A DNA stretch of 64,000 bases from Octopus vulgaris (GCA_951406725.2 OX597819.1:118978001-119042000); one strand, 5' to 3'; positions 1-12,403 are shown, counted from the stretch's first letter. Numbers and translations: made by a program. Notes: a model not told the origin generated them from the sequence alone.

Positions 1-56
1 ATATATAGACATACACACACAGACACACGTACACACATATAGATATATATGTAATG

Positions 57-99
<43 letters not shown>

Positions 100-480
100 T
101 ATTTGGAATATTCAAATAATTATAAAGCATACAGCAACATGCTGCCTTAATTTCCTTTTCATATGCTAATACAATAGGATTTTTGTTCTTCTCTCGACCA
201 TTCATGGTCGTATACAAAAACATAAATATATATTGATACATGAGTGTGTGAGGGTGGGTGTTTCTCATTAAACACAAGTTCACACTTTCATAGGATTATA
301 TATACATTTGGTTAAACAGAAAATTTTTATACCGACTTCGATTTACTCTTTTCACGGAAAACTTGTGTGCGGCTGCCAACGCTTCCTAAATTATCTCCAA
401 CGAGTCTCCACCAAAATTAATATAACCTGATATCCCTTATTTACAGCCTCAACAAATTCCTGGTTTTCAACCTACACGAA

Positions 481-909
481 GGATCTTTTCGGCTTGAACG
501 GCAGTTTTTTCTAGCGGTGTCATATGAAATTGTCACCCTAGTATCGATCTATTGCATTTCAATCTGTTTTAGGTGTAGGGTTAGAGTTAGGGCCAGTTAG
601 GGTTAGTTAGGGTTAGGGATAGGGATGTGGGAAGGGTATCTTTTTTTCTTCAGAAATGTAAGTAAACCCAATCTGTTTCTTCATACGGCACATAATGTTT
701 TCACCTCAATAGACGTCATTGATTGGTTGAAATTGCAGACATTGAAGAAAGAACAACAAATATTTTACAAACTATAGAATTTTCTCAATAAAACCAAGAG
801 AAAAAGATGTTTTATAAACCCATTCTACCAGTATAGGAAGTTTAAACGTGTTTAAGTTTAGTTACGTGGAAATTATTTTTAAAAACGGCCGGTCAAACCG
901 AAAAGATCC
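481..909. mobile_element. MITE with ~30-bp GG-starting TIRs and internal TTAGGG-like repeats (Merlin-like, inferred)
   Basis: Starts GGATCTTTTCGGCTTGAACGGCAGTTTTT and ends AAAAACGGCCGGTCAAACCGAAAAGATCC; flanks TACACGAA/CAAACGAA (6/8 match); inverted copy at 49558-49971. Confidence 0.8.
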
Positions 910-2199
910 CAAACGAACGTATTCCATGACTCTGCTGCAGTTTTTTGCGACTGGACCTATATTTTTTATGTTGCTACATTAATTTCACACTGGTATGTTT
1001 AGGAATTGCCTGCCAACGAGGGTGCTACTATATTTCCAAGTATATTTATATAAATATATGATGGGTATGTGCGCAGTGTATTAGTGCGATTATTACATAG
1101 AATTGTTTAGAATGCATCAACAGACCAATTTTCTAGCCCTCAACTCTAGCCAGCTGTAACAACTGCGATTTAAAAAGGTTATAAAAGTGTTGTTACATTT
1201 TTAAAAATTTCCGTATTCTTTCTCCCTCCTAGAATTTGGAGAGATTTCGATAGATTTACTAATATGTTAATACTATACAGTATTCAAATAGTACAGATAT
1301 ATGGAATGGGAATCAACGGAGTGAGTTGTTAACTATAAATATTCCTCTGTATCAAACGATAGCTTGGATGTCACATTTGTAACTTCTGTCTTGTTTGATG
1401 ACATTTGTATATCATATTAGAGTGAAGATTGGGTTTAGATAATTAGAAAAAATACAAACAGCGTTAAATTACCGAAAACGAAAAGCGCTTTATGTGGGAC
1501 ATAAGCAGACATCAAAGAGAATATTCTGGTATAAATCCCTGCCATTTTACGTCCCTATGACAGAGAAATGTTGTCTTTCATAGACCAAAATCTCATAGCA
1601 ATTTGTGATCAGCACTTTCGTTCGCAGAAAAAGAGAGTCATATTGCCGTAACTTGGATGACATCCACATATGAGGTGTAGCATTCTAAAATTATGGTAGA
1701 GGTATGTTTAGACAAGTTTCTTGTTGTAGGTCAAACACTCCGTCTGTTTCGACGATGAGGGTTCCCGTTGATCTAAACCATGGAACAGCCTGCTCGTGAA
1801 ATTGACATTTTCACACATAGTTTCTTCTACTACTAAGCACTGATCTGTCCAACCACCTAATCTATTTTCCTAAATTCTTCATTCCATACTACTACCCCTC
1901 TCTCTGCCCCATCACTTAGACTATTTCACTGCATAACTGACACCCATTTATTTTTATAGATCTTTCTCTCTCTCTCTCACTCCCATTCCTTCTATCTAAT
2001 ACCTTTCTGTTTATATCACCCTCATCTCCCCTTTCCTACTTTTAAATCATCTTGAGTGACCCCTAACTAGTACATTTTCCCTTATTATCTCTCCTTGTTT
2101 TTCTTTTACTTTTCTCTTCTTTCTTTCTTTTCCTTTTCTTCTCTTCCTGTTTTTTTTATCATTTTTGCCTTCTCTTTTTTATAACTTTTTTCTCTCATC

Positions 2200-2885
2200 G
2201 TCATGGACAAACGAGTGTAATATCAGACAGGTAGAGTATGAAGACATTCGGTACCTCATAGAAGAGTAAGGACTAATTTTTATCCCAAGTCATGAAGAGC
2301 AAGAAGAAATACCACATTACGAAGCTTTTCAGCAAAATGAAATATCCGCTCCTACCGAACATGCTTTTTATTCCAGAATCAAATGGTGAACACATAAACT
2401 ATCCATTGGCTTCCCTGCCTGCAAAGCATATACCAAGAGTGATAACAATTTCACATCCAGTCAACATCATTGTGTTTGGAGTTATCACTAGCGATGGCTA
2501 CGCAATAATCCCATTCATCTTCCAACACGGCCTCAGAATCAAAACCATGGTCTACAGCAAGATCTTCGTTGATGTAATGCTGCCCTGGATCCAGACGGTG
2601 GCTGCTGGAAGGCCTTATGTTTGGCGTCAGGACTATGCATCTTGCCACACAAGTAGGAAAACTCAGGCATGACAGAAGATTTCTGCTCCACATCACCCCA
2701 ACATCTGGCCACCTAATTCCCTCAACTGCAACACCCTTAATTATCATGTTTCGGACGCAGTTGAACGAGGACCAACAAAATTACATGTAAGATTAAATAT
2801 GTACTGAAGGAAAGTGTATGGCACCACTCACCAACATAATCGAGGAGACCGTTCAGAAGAGTTGCAAGAGATTCCGAAGACGTTC
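2200..2885 (+). pseudogene. Degenerate Tc1/mariner-superfamily DDE transposase fragment
   Basis: ORF 2292-2672 (HPVNIIVFGVITSDG...PFIF...RPYVWRQDYASCHTS) followed after a stop/frameshift by HITPNIWPPNSLNCNTLNY, matching the WPxxSPDLNPxD motif. Confidence 0.8.
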
Positions 2886-3010
2886 AGATCATTTTATATG
2901 ATCATTTTATATTTTTGAATACATTTACTCTTTAGTATTTCAAGATAGTTTTTATGTAATATTTGTGAAAATGAAAAGTCAATGTTATCTTCATTTTTCA
3001 GTGATTTAGA

Positions 3011-3141
<131 letters not shown>

Positions 3142-3303
3142 GTACTTTTCCAGTAAAAATTATTTAAGTGTGAAAAAGTGAAACAAAGATTTGCATGCAA
3201 ATCTTACAAACATGTGTTTCAGTCTAACTGAACACAGACACAGACACAGCATATACATATATATGTCTATATATCTATCTATCTACCTATCTATCTCTGT
3301 ATG

Positions 3304-3346
<43 letters not shown>

Positions 3347-4394
3347 ATAGAGATAGATAGATAGATAGATTGATAGATAGGTAGAGAGACAGACTGATAT
3401 GTGCATGCATGCATACACGCATTCATACATACATGCATACATATAATTATAGATGAATAAATGTTTCGTGCTAGTGCGCGCGTGCTATGATATGATAGAG
3501 AAAGCTAGAATGCCATAGGCAAAATCAGAAATATGTGAGGAGTTCACAAGTAATTTAAAAATCTGTCTTTTGTTGACAGCTTATTGCTATCAATATATTT
3601 CATTATATCCCTGTGAAGTGTAGTTTAATATAAAACAATCCATGCTTATTAATCCAGTGGATGCTACGGCTTTAAAATATGATCACAGAAAGAATAAATA
3701 TATATAAATTAATAATTGATTCGTTCTGGCCTCTCATGCGGTGGCTTTTCTTACATTTTTCTTCTTTTTCTTATTCATAGTAGCTATTATTGAATTCAAC
3801 ACTTTCAGTAACATGAGGAATCATATTATAAATTGTGTATTGATCCAAAATCATGATACTCTTAGTAGGAAACCGGCAGCAATAATGAAATAAAACCGAC
3901 AAAGTAATAGTAATTATTAAAATAGAAATGGGATACGTAATTAGGTTGACCTGAATACATGATCTTGTTTTATATCTTCTGGAACAGAACAATAATAAAA
4001 GAAATAGAGCAGAGATGAGTAGAAAGAGAGATGGTTCAATAACCCGTCTCGTCATAACTCAAGGCCTGAAATTACCAATTACGACGTCACAGACGGAAAT
4101 AATATTTGTTTTTATTTTTTAATGTTTTTTTACGAAAATTAAAAATCATATCTTTAATTGCTTTCGTTATTCAAGCTTTCACAGATGGAAATTATGGTAT
4201 GTCCGTGCAATGTGAAAATGCATTTAGGTAGCACAAAATATCGAAGTTCTGAAATGAAGCAGAATTTAAAGCAGGATTTCAAAGAACAGCAAATTGACGT
4301 ACGGTAGACAAATTATTGAAGTGAGAGAAACAATTTATAATCCAAAGCATAGAGCTTTGTGTTTGGTGATTATATATCGGGCATTTCACTAATT

Positions 4395-5078
4395 GTGGAG
4401 GTGCAGTGGCCCAGTGGTTAAGGTAGCGGACTCACGGTCGTGGGATCGCGGTTTCGATTCCAAAACCGGGCGTTGTATGTGTTCATTGAGCGAGAACACC
4501 TAAATCTGCACGAGCCTCCGGCAGGGGGGGACACCTCTGTTGTACTCTTGAAGCTTGAGAGGCTGTTGGATGGAACCTACACTCGCCTCCTTATGAGAGC
4601 TCAAAATCTCTCGTGGAGGCGCCATCCAACTAAAATGCAAATATATGGGAAATTACCACCTGTGTCATCTCTTGTGAAGGGTAGGAGAGTCCAGTTTGCT
4701 GGACATTGTTGTAGAGCTGAAAAAGAAGTAATTTCTACTCTTCTCCTCTGGAAGTCATCTACTCGCAACACCAGAGGGCGCACACTCTCCCTACCCTGAT
4801 GTAATCTCCAGGGATACAGGCATCCAGCAACAGGACCTCCGTAATGCTATGATGGACCGTGAAGTCTGGCGCAACATGGTAAATTCCATTGTCTCGACCA
4901 CGGTCGAACAATGATGATGATGATGACTCTTTCGCCTCAAGTTTCTCTCACTCTTTCTTGAGTAACGCTGCAATGGACTGCCGTCCCGTCTAGCTGGGCG
5001 AAACACATACACCACAGAAACCGGGAAACTGGACCCATGAGCTTGGCTAGGCTTGAAAAGGGCGCATAAATAAATAAA
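4395..5078 (+). mobile_element. tRNA-derived SINE (family C) interrupted by a LINE fragment
   Basis: A box TGGCCCAGTGG, B-box-like GTTTCGATTCC, (TAAA)n tail, 12-bp TSD ATTTCACTAATT at 4383-4394 and 5079-5090; related to copies at 16710 and 13676. Confidence 0.85.
4550..4925 (+). mobile_element. 5'-truncated RTE-like LINE 3' end nested in the SINE
   Basis: Translates LDGTYTRLLMRAQNLSWRRHPT...RRVQFAGHCCR...DVISRDTG...AMMDREVWR; (TGA)n tail; TSD ACTCTT at 4544-4549 and 4926-4931. Confidence 0.85.
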
Positions 5079-6429
5079 ATTTCACTAATTATTCATTTTT
5101 ATAGTTTTCATTTTTTTTTAATTACAAAATTTATCGACATTATTTGTACCTAAGGGTACTGTAACACTCCTCACGTCAATAATTGAAATATGTATTGTAC
5201 CATAAAATTATATTTTATACCCATTGAGAATTGACTAGAGGTAAATCATGAACCCGTGAAGGTACTGAACAGTTAATACGCCAACCAAACATTCAGAAAT
5301 TTATTAATACTAATATATCAATCAGAGTGTGTTTTGTTTTAGCAACAGAGCAACAAAGGAATTTCTCATAAAATGTATTATTATGTTTGACGACACCGTT
5401 AAACCAAAACTATAATTCTGAAAATTGCGAATGACTTCAAACATTATTGACATTCTATTTCTGTAGAATGTCGAAAAGAATTATAGGTGCGGTATATCTG
5501 ATTGAAAGTTCAATTTACATACTATTTTATAACAACCTAATTCCTTTTTTTTTTTTACACTTGATATTGTTAGACTGATAGAACTGTAAAAATGGTAACA
5601 GCATGGTGCCTTTGTTATTCATAAGATCGTTCGTTAATTAGTAGTTCATAATGTGCCGAAAGGTCGAGAGATTTAGAAAGAAATTATGTAAATTTTTGTA
5701 TGACATTTAAATATAACGCATTGAACCTTCAAGGTATAAATTATCAACATATTTTCAAGAGCACAATGTTCTTACCTTATTTATATCCTAAAATAACATT
5801 TACATGTTTTAGGTATTTCGGTTATTAACGACGTAGATTATATCCGGCTGTACAGAGTGATATTTCAGTTGGTTTATCTAACATACTCTTCGGTTGAGTA
5901 ATCAGGTTTATGAGACGGAGTTTCTGTCAGTAATGGATGGCAAACCTAAAATTGAGACGACTGGGTCACGGGGTTGGTGGTTAATCAACTCAGGTATTAG
6001 CAAGCTGTTATCTTCCACACACGTTCATCCTTTCACAATTTGACCCCAAATAATCCGCAATTTATATGGGTATTTGTCGTGCAATTTGGCAAAATATGCT
6101 TTGATTTCTCTAATTATTATTACCCTGGTGGATATCCATATGTAACTTTTATGTATATATCAGTAAAATCGAAAAAGATGTAACTACTTGTCAGCGGCGA
6201 TACTGCGAGGGACTACTGTACTTTTTTTGTATTCATTCTTTTATTCTTGTATATTTCTGCTCTAAGCCTGAGACAATGTTGGTGATTCATTTATATAAAC
6301 GGTGGGCATTTTATCGGTGAGTATGTTAAAATATAAGCCACCAAAAGAGAATTAATCTCCCCAGACACAACAGAATATGATTCAACACACTAACTCACAT
6401 AAATAATCTTGCAAACCAAATCTAAAAAC

Positions 6430-6875
6430 GATATATATATACAACGCTAACACCGCTGTTTTCGTCTGCCGTAAGGCCTAATTCTCACTCAATGCGCCAG
6501 CTGAGTTCAGTTCTTCTCTGGTTGAAAGACGCCTGTCGTTGTGTCCTGTTATTATTATTATTGTTGTTTTTTTGTATCTATATTCCTATTATTTTTCTTT
6601 GTTTTTTTGTTTCGTATTTATATTCGTGTAACATCGTCCGTTTTTCTGCCCTTGTTTCGTACACATCCGGTCCTTTTTTTCCGAGGAATCTAATACTCTT
6701 AGCTTAGATTTTCCTTCGGGTCGGCCAGATTAGAGCAATCTCAAGTTTAATCTGTCGAAATTGCGAGGAAGATCCGGTTCTTGACTGAAGATTAAAGGCT
6801 TCGAATGACCCGTCCGTGTTTTGTGTATCGTATATTTGGATGTTTTGCGTTCTTGTCTCATTTTGTATATATATG
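6430..6875. repeat. Unclassified dispersed repeat (3' part recurs at 20950-21065)
   Basis: CGAAATTGCGAGGAnGATCCGGTTCTTGACTGAAGATT...CCGTGTTTT..GTATCGT is shared with 20951-21030. Confidence 0.6.
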
Positions 6876-6949
6876 AATACTGTACTTAAGTGGAAGGCAT
6901 CAGAATTTAGTATGGCATTATCCATACAATTTAAAATAAGCTGATTATA

Positions 6950-7159
6950 ATCAAAATAAGCAAGAAGGATACCCAGAGGTAATGCAGTACTATCGTTTCA
7001 TGCGACTACATTTAATTGAACAATACGAATATTCTATATTTTTGTGCAGCTGAAGATAACTCTACATTTTATATTGATGTAATATTTGAATTGTTCAATT
7101 AAATGGAGTCGCAGGAAACGATCGTACTGCATTACCTCTGGATATCCTGTTGCTTATTT

Positions 7160-7163
<4 letters not shown>
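6950..7163. repeat. Inverted repeat, ~85-bp arms with ~45-bp spacer, abutting (TA)n
   Basis: ATCAAAATAAGCAAGAAGGATACCCAGAGGTAATGCAGTAC... is the near reverse complement of ...GTACTGCATTACCTCTGGATATCCTGTTGCTTATTTTGAT. Confidence 0.85.
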
Positions 7164-7215
<52 letters not shown>

Positions 7216-7222
7216 AATCATA

Positions 7223-7295
<73 letters not shown>

Positions 7296-8172
7296 CACAC
7301 GAATCTATAACTTGCAGAACTCAATACAAATCTAGCGTATTGTTTAATACATGATAACTGAAAGGTTCCGGATTCCACTAATTAGAGTTTCTCGTTTGTA
7401 ATTACCTGATTACAAACCGAGTCTACTTTTCATTTGATCATCCACTCTCCGATATTAATTGTTCTTTATTTTAATGAAATCTTCAAAGAAACATTTATCC
7501 TTATGTTCTTGAGAGAAACAGAGAGGGAGAGGAAAGTGAGATAAGTTAGAGATATTCACTTCTTCCCAATACCTTTCCCGTTTTATTACTATTAGGAGAC
7601 TCATAACTCGCTTTATATATTGAACAGTTTAGATTAGTTGCCAAACAATACAATAAATTAAATTTATAACTATAGTAATTACAATTGTATTTAGATTCTG
7701 ACACATGAGCGATGGCTTTGCCTGCCGGCTGTAGCCCTTTCTACCACAACTCTAGTGTTTAACTTGCAGGCACTTTATTGTCCCCGAAAAATGAATCACA
7801 AAATGTTCAAAACTTGAATGTAGTAGCTAGACTATCGGTAGTGCATCTAATTACCTAGTTTGTTGTGCTTCCAAAATTCTTCTTCTATATCACTGCCAAA
7901 AGTAATAATAATATTTTCTACAATCGGCACAATCCATGAAATTTGATGACTGGATGGATATGATTTTGCTTTTTGATTTTTCCAGTTTCAGCTAATGAGC
8001 TGTGGCCATGCTGGGGCACCGCCATTTGGCTTGCCACTAGTTGATCACATGGTCTCCAGTGCTTATCTGTTATTTACTTTATAGACCTGAACGGTAGAAT
8101 TGCTGTTAACGAATTTGCTTCACGTTCAAACGGTATTGCCAAATCGCAATCTGGACAATAATAATAATACTA

Positions 8173-8235
<63 letters not shown>

Positions 8236-8237
<2 letters not shown>

Positions 8238-8705
8238 CGATATAAACGTATCTGTCAAGACCTACCAAAAACTGAGCAAATATAAAGATCTTGAAATAGA
8301 AATCAGCAAAATGTGGAAGCTGAAGACTAAAACAATACCTGTTGTCATAGGTGCCCTGGGAATGATAGCGAAAGGGACTGATTGCTACCTAACTCAGATA
8401 CCAGGAAACCCCAAAATGGCAGAAATTCAAAAGATAGTGCTCATGGGAACTGCTCATATCCTACGCAAAATACTCTCTATGTAATCCCAAGGTTTAAAAC
8501 AAACTTTTTTTTAATTCATTTATTTATTTATTTATTTTTTATGTATTAGACATTCACTAGTACAACACCAAAAAAAACAAAAAAACAAATATATGGCACA
8601 CAATTTCCAACCTGTTGTCTCTTGAGGTCTCTGGGTGAGACTTGGAGCCAACTTGTACAGACATAAAGCAAAAGTCAAACATAGAATAATAATAATAATA
8701 ATAAT
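8236..8705 (+). mobile_element. R4/Dong-type LINE 3' fragment (restriction-like endonuclease C-terminus) between (AAT)n tracts
   Basis: Open frame KLSKYKDLEIEISKMWKLKTKTIPVVIGALG...EIQKIVLMGTAHILRKILSM*, stop at 8482-8484; (AAT)n on both sides. Confidence 0.85.
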
Positions 8706-8810
8706 ATCAAACCTTGCTTATCAAGAACTACCAGTTCTATATTTAAGAGATGTGGAATAATGCACATTATTTACATTCGACGTATATTTGTCCTCATCTT
8801 ATTTGTTGTT

Positions 8811-8856
8811 AACACAACGTTTCGGCTGATATACCCTCCAGCCTTCATCAGGTGTC
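8811..8856 (-). ncRNA. Minimal type I hammerhead ribozyme motif
   Basis: Minus strand GACAC-CUGAUGA-A-GGCUG(loop)CAGCC-GAAAC-GUU-GUGUU: stem I GACAC/GUGUU, stem II GGCUG/CAGCC, palindromic ACGU stem III. Confidence 0.7.
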
Positions 8857-8907
8857 TTGGGGAAATTTCGAACCTGGATTCTCATTCTCAGGTATTTATC
8901 GATGTTG

Positions 8908-8970
8908 TTGGAATTGAACTCGAAATTTTGGGGCTAGTAGCCCGCGCTCTTAACCACTACGCCATATGCC
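8908..8970 (-). promoter_or_regulatory. tRNA-derived Pol III internal promoter (A and B boxes)
   Basis: Minus strand GGCATATGGCGTAGTGGTTAAGAGCGCGGGCTACTAGCCCCAAAATTTCGAGTTCAATTCC: A box TGGCGTAGTGG, B box GAGTTCAATTCC. Confidence 0.7.
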
Positions 8971-9337
8971 TGTGGGCAATTACGGAATGAATTTTATAGC
9001 TTATAAATCAAATATTTTTCAATCCTTCCTTAATACCGGTTTCCATACCCTGCTCATATCTGCACTCGGTCTGCTTAGGAGGTTGCTGTGTCCTACCAAA
9101 AATACGAAAATTAAACGAAGCAGCACTTAAGTTCCGACTTCAGATGTAGATTTTGCGATAAATCTGATAAACCAAAAAACCAGTTCGTCTTAGGATTTAC
9201 ACCAAACGAAAGCAAAAATCACCGCGATAGGGTAGGGCACTGGGAAATATGTAAACCCTGCAAAATCAGCAATCTTGCCTACTGGACTGAACCTCATCTT
9301 GAGTTACTCGTTGAAGGTAAAAAAAAGTCACTGTCCC

Positions 9338-9960
<623 letters not shown>

Positions 9961-10079
9961 TTATATTGATATAGGATAAAGCATAGCATGGTATCTGAAA
10001 AATGTGACAGAATCACTAATATTGGAAGAAGGTCATTCTTGTGTAGGATGTAAGATTGCAGAATGAATGAAACTGAAAA

Positions 10080-10890
10080 TAGGTGCATAAAGAAATTAAT
10101 TCATAGGGATATTAAAGAAAAGCTGGGTGGGTATAAAGATGGCTATGGATGATTAAAAGGGATTTCGAACCGGAAACAGAAGCTCTAACCAGTGCTGCCC
10201 AAGAGTAATCATGAAGAACCAATTACATCAAATACAGAATAGACAACATACCAGAAGGTGATAAGTGCAGAAATTGTGGACAAAATGGTGAAACCGTATG
10301 GCATATTACCAGTCAATGTACACCACTAGCATAAAAAAGAATATACGAGACGTCATGATAACATAGCACGTATTGTCCATGTTACACTTTGCAACATATA
10401 TGGGCTTGACAGAGCAAAAATATGGTATGAACATAAACCCGAAAGCATCATCGAAAATAATAATCCTATGGGATTTTATGATTCAGTGCAACTTTGAGAT
10501 AGAGAATAGGAAACCAGACATAGTGTTAATTCAGAAAGAAAACAAAGTATGCTGGAGCATAGATATAGCATGCCTTGATGACAACAGGGTATTCGAAAAG
10601 GAAGGAAGAAAAAATATAGATATAACAAGTTAGCTTCGGAGATTAAGCAGTTGTGGTCGCTGAAAAAGGTGGTAGCAGTGCCAATAATTGTTGGAGACCT
10701 GGAAATAGTGACTGCAAGAAGGATGGAACACTTGCAAGAAACAGTACTGCTTGGAACTGCTCGAATACTCCGGATGGTGCTCGAAAAGTAAGGTGTGTTA
10801 ATTTCGTCAACTGGTAGTGAACAGCTGACACAGTAGTACCACACGAGCGTTAGAAGCTGGGCAAACAGAATAAAATAATAATAATACTAA
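10080..10890 (+). mobile_element. Third R4/Dong-type LINE fragment (CCHC knuckle plus REL endonuclease)
   Basis: ETEALTSAAQE...CRNCGQNGETVWHITSQC...RRHDNIARIVH...LWDFMIQC...RKPDIVLI...IDIAC...LQETVLLGTARILRMVL, with stops and frameshifts. Confidence 0.85.
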
Positions 10891-10985
10891 TAATATTGAT
10901 GATGATGATAAGAAGTAAGCACATAAATGTGAAACAAGGTAGAAAAAAGAGTACTCAAATATCAGAGGTAGAGTAATATGTTTTA

Positions 10986-11106
10986 TTTAAAAGCAGCAGA
11001 AATATAACAAATAGCTGTTACTCAGAGTTTCACGTTTCCGTTCGTCGGGCGAACGGGAACGTAAAATTCTGAGTAACAGCTTTTGTTATACTTCTGGTGC
11101 ATTTAA
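10986..11106. repeat. Near-perfect hairpin made of inverted copies of a hammerhead-like repeat end
   Basis: CTGTTACTCAGAGTTTCACGTTTCCGTTCG-TCGGG-CGAACGGGAACGTAAAATTCTGAGTAACAG; the adjacent 10915-11000 segment recurs inverted at 41370-41447. Confidence 0.85.
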
Positions 11107-11144
11107 AAAAATTATACATACATACATGCATACATACATATATA

Positions 11145-11207
<63 letters not shown>

Positions 11208-11311
11208 AGTTATACCAAACATGAAAACACAAAGAGAAACCAAAAGGCGAGGACGTGGAACAAGTATAGTGTGATTGGATGCTCAGGAAAGGAAAGAAAG
11301 AAGGATGATAT

Positions 11312-11344
11312 AATGTTTCGAGAAGGACTCTTCGTCAGAAACAT
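11312..11344 (-). ncRNA. Hammerhead-like core (partly degenerate)
   Basis: Minus strand CUGACGA-A-GAG-UCCUU-CUC-GAAAC; stem I and stem III pairing is poor. Confidence 0.4.
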
Positions 11345-11443
11345 AGGAGAAGGAAAGATCCGAGGAATGGAAGACGGGGGAAGAACATCGCCAACGATAC
11401 ACACGCAATAAATATATATATATATATATATATCGTCCGGGAG

Positions 11444-12403
11444 GTGTTAGCTCTTATTTCCTTAGATCTTAATAATAATATTTATAAGCCTTATAGGAAG
11501 CCCAATGATAGACTAAGTTATATTAATGTAGGTTCATGCCATCCCCCTATAGTATTCAAAAATTTAGTTAAAAATATTAGTAATAGGATTTCTAGCCTCT
11601 CATCTAATGAGGACATCTTCAATAGCGTTGCCCCAGTTTATAATAAAGCTTTAAAAGATAGTGGTTTTAGCGAAAAAATAAAATATACACCTATCACCAG
11701 CCCAACAATAAGGAAAAGGAATAATAGAAATAGGAAGGTCATCTGGTTTACGCCCCCTTACTCACCCGAGGTGGCCTTCAATATAGGTAAATATTTCCTA
11801 GCACTGATAGATAGACATTTTCCAGTTAACCATGCTTATAGGAAACTCTTCAATAGACACAATTTAAAAATTAGTTTTAGTTCAACTACCAATTTTAAAA
11901 ACATAATCAATCATAACATACAAAAAACACAAGAAGAAAACAGCTGTTCATGCAGGAATAAAGAATTGTGCCCGCTAAATGGAGCTTGCATGTCCAAGAC
12001 CATCATATATGAGGCTACCGTAAACTCTATAACCACTAAAGACACCGTTTTGACGAAGAAATACGTGGGCCTGACAGAGGGTAATTTCAAGACCAGGTTC
12101 AATAACCACACTTTGAGCTTTAGGCACTGGAACAAAAGAAAAGCGACACAATTATCCAATCATATTTGGTCTTTAAGAGATAAAGGTGTCGATTATAACA
12201 TACAATGGAAGATTTTGGCCAGATGTAAGCCCTATACTAACGGCAGCGGAAGGTGCGGTTTATGCGACATGGAGAGATGGCTTATCTGGAAAAGCAGCTT
12301 AGACCCTACCACATGTCTAAATATAAGGACAGAACTTTTCGGATCATGCCCACATGTGACTAAATTTCTGTTACGTTTTTGGTCCCCTAAAGAAAACGGA
12401 TAG
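11444..12403 (+). CDS. Penelope-like element ORF remnant: RT C-terminus, Cys linker and GIY-YIG endonuclease (5'-truncated)
   Basis: 319-aa open frame: YRKPND...SCHPP (PLE RT thumb), WFTPPY, CSCRNKELCPLNGAC, IIYEATV...YVGLTEGNFKTRFNNH (GIY-YIG), CGLCDMER...LNIRTELFGSCPH; no true start, begins right after (TA)n. Confidence 0.9.
   Translation: MLALISLDLNNNIYKPYRKPNDRLSYINVGSCHPPIVFKNLVKNISNRISSLSSNEDIFNSVAPVYNKALKDSGFSEKIKYTPITSPTIRKRNNRNRKVIWFTPPYSPEVAFNIGKYFLALIDRHFPVNHAYRKLFNRHNLKISFSSTTNFKNIINHNIQKTQEENSCSCRNKELCPLNGACMSKTIIYEATVNSITTKDTVLTKKYVGLTEGNFKTRFNNHTLSFRHWNKRKATQLSNHIWSLRDKGVDYNIQWKILARCKPYTNGSGRCGLCDMERWLIWKSSLDPTTCLNIRTELFGSCPHVTKFLLRFWSPKENG

Larger units (their letters stand above)
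8730..9300 (-). mobile_element. Non-autonomous retroelement containing a tRNA-like head and a hammerhead motif
   Basis: Minus strand: tRNA-like segment 8970-8908 followed by a hammerhead at 8856-8811; outer boundaries approximate. Confidence 0.6.

Noticed and set aside
575-625. TTAGGG repeats as a chromosome end or fusion scar
   Set aside because: Short, degenerate and internal to a MITE that recurs at 49558
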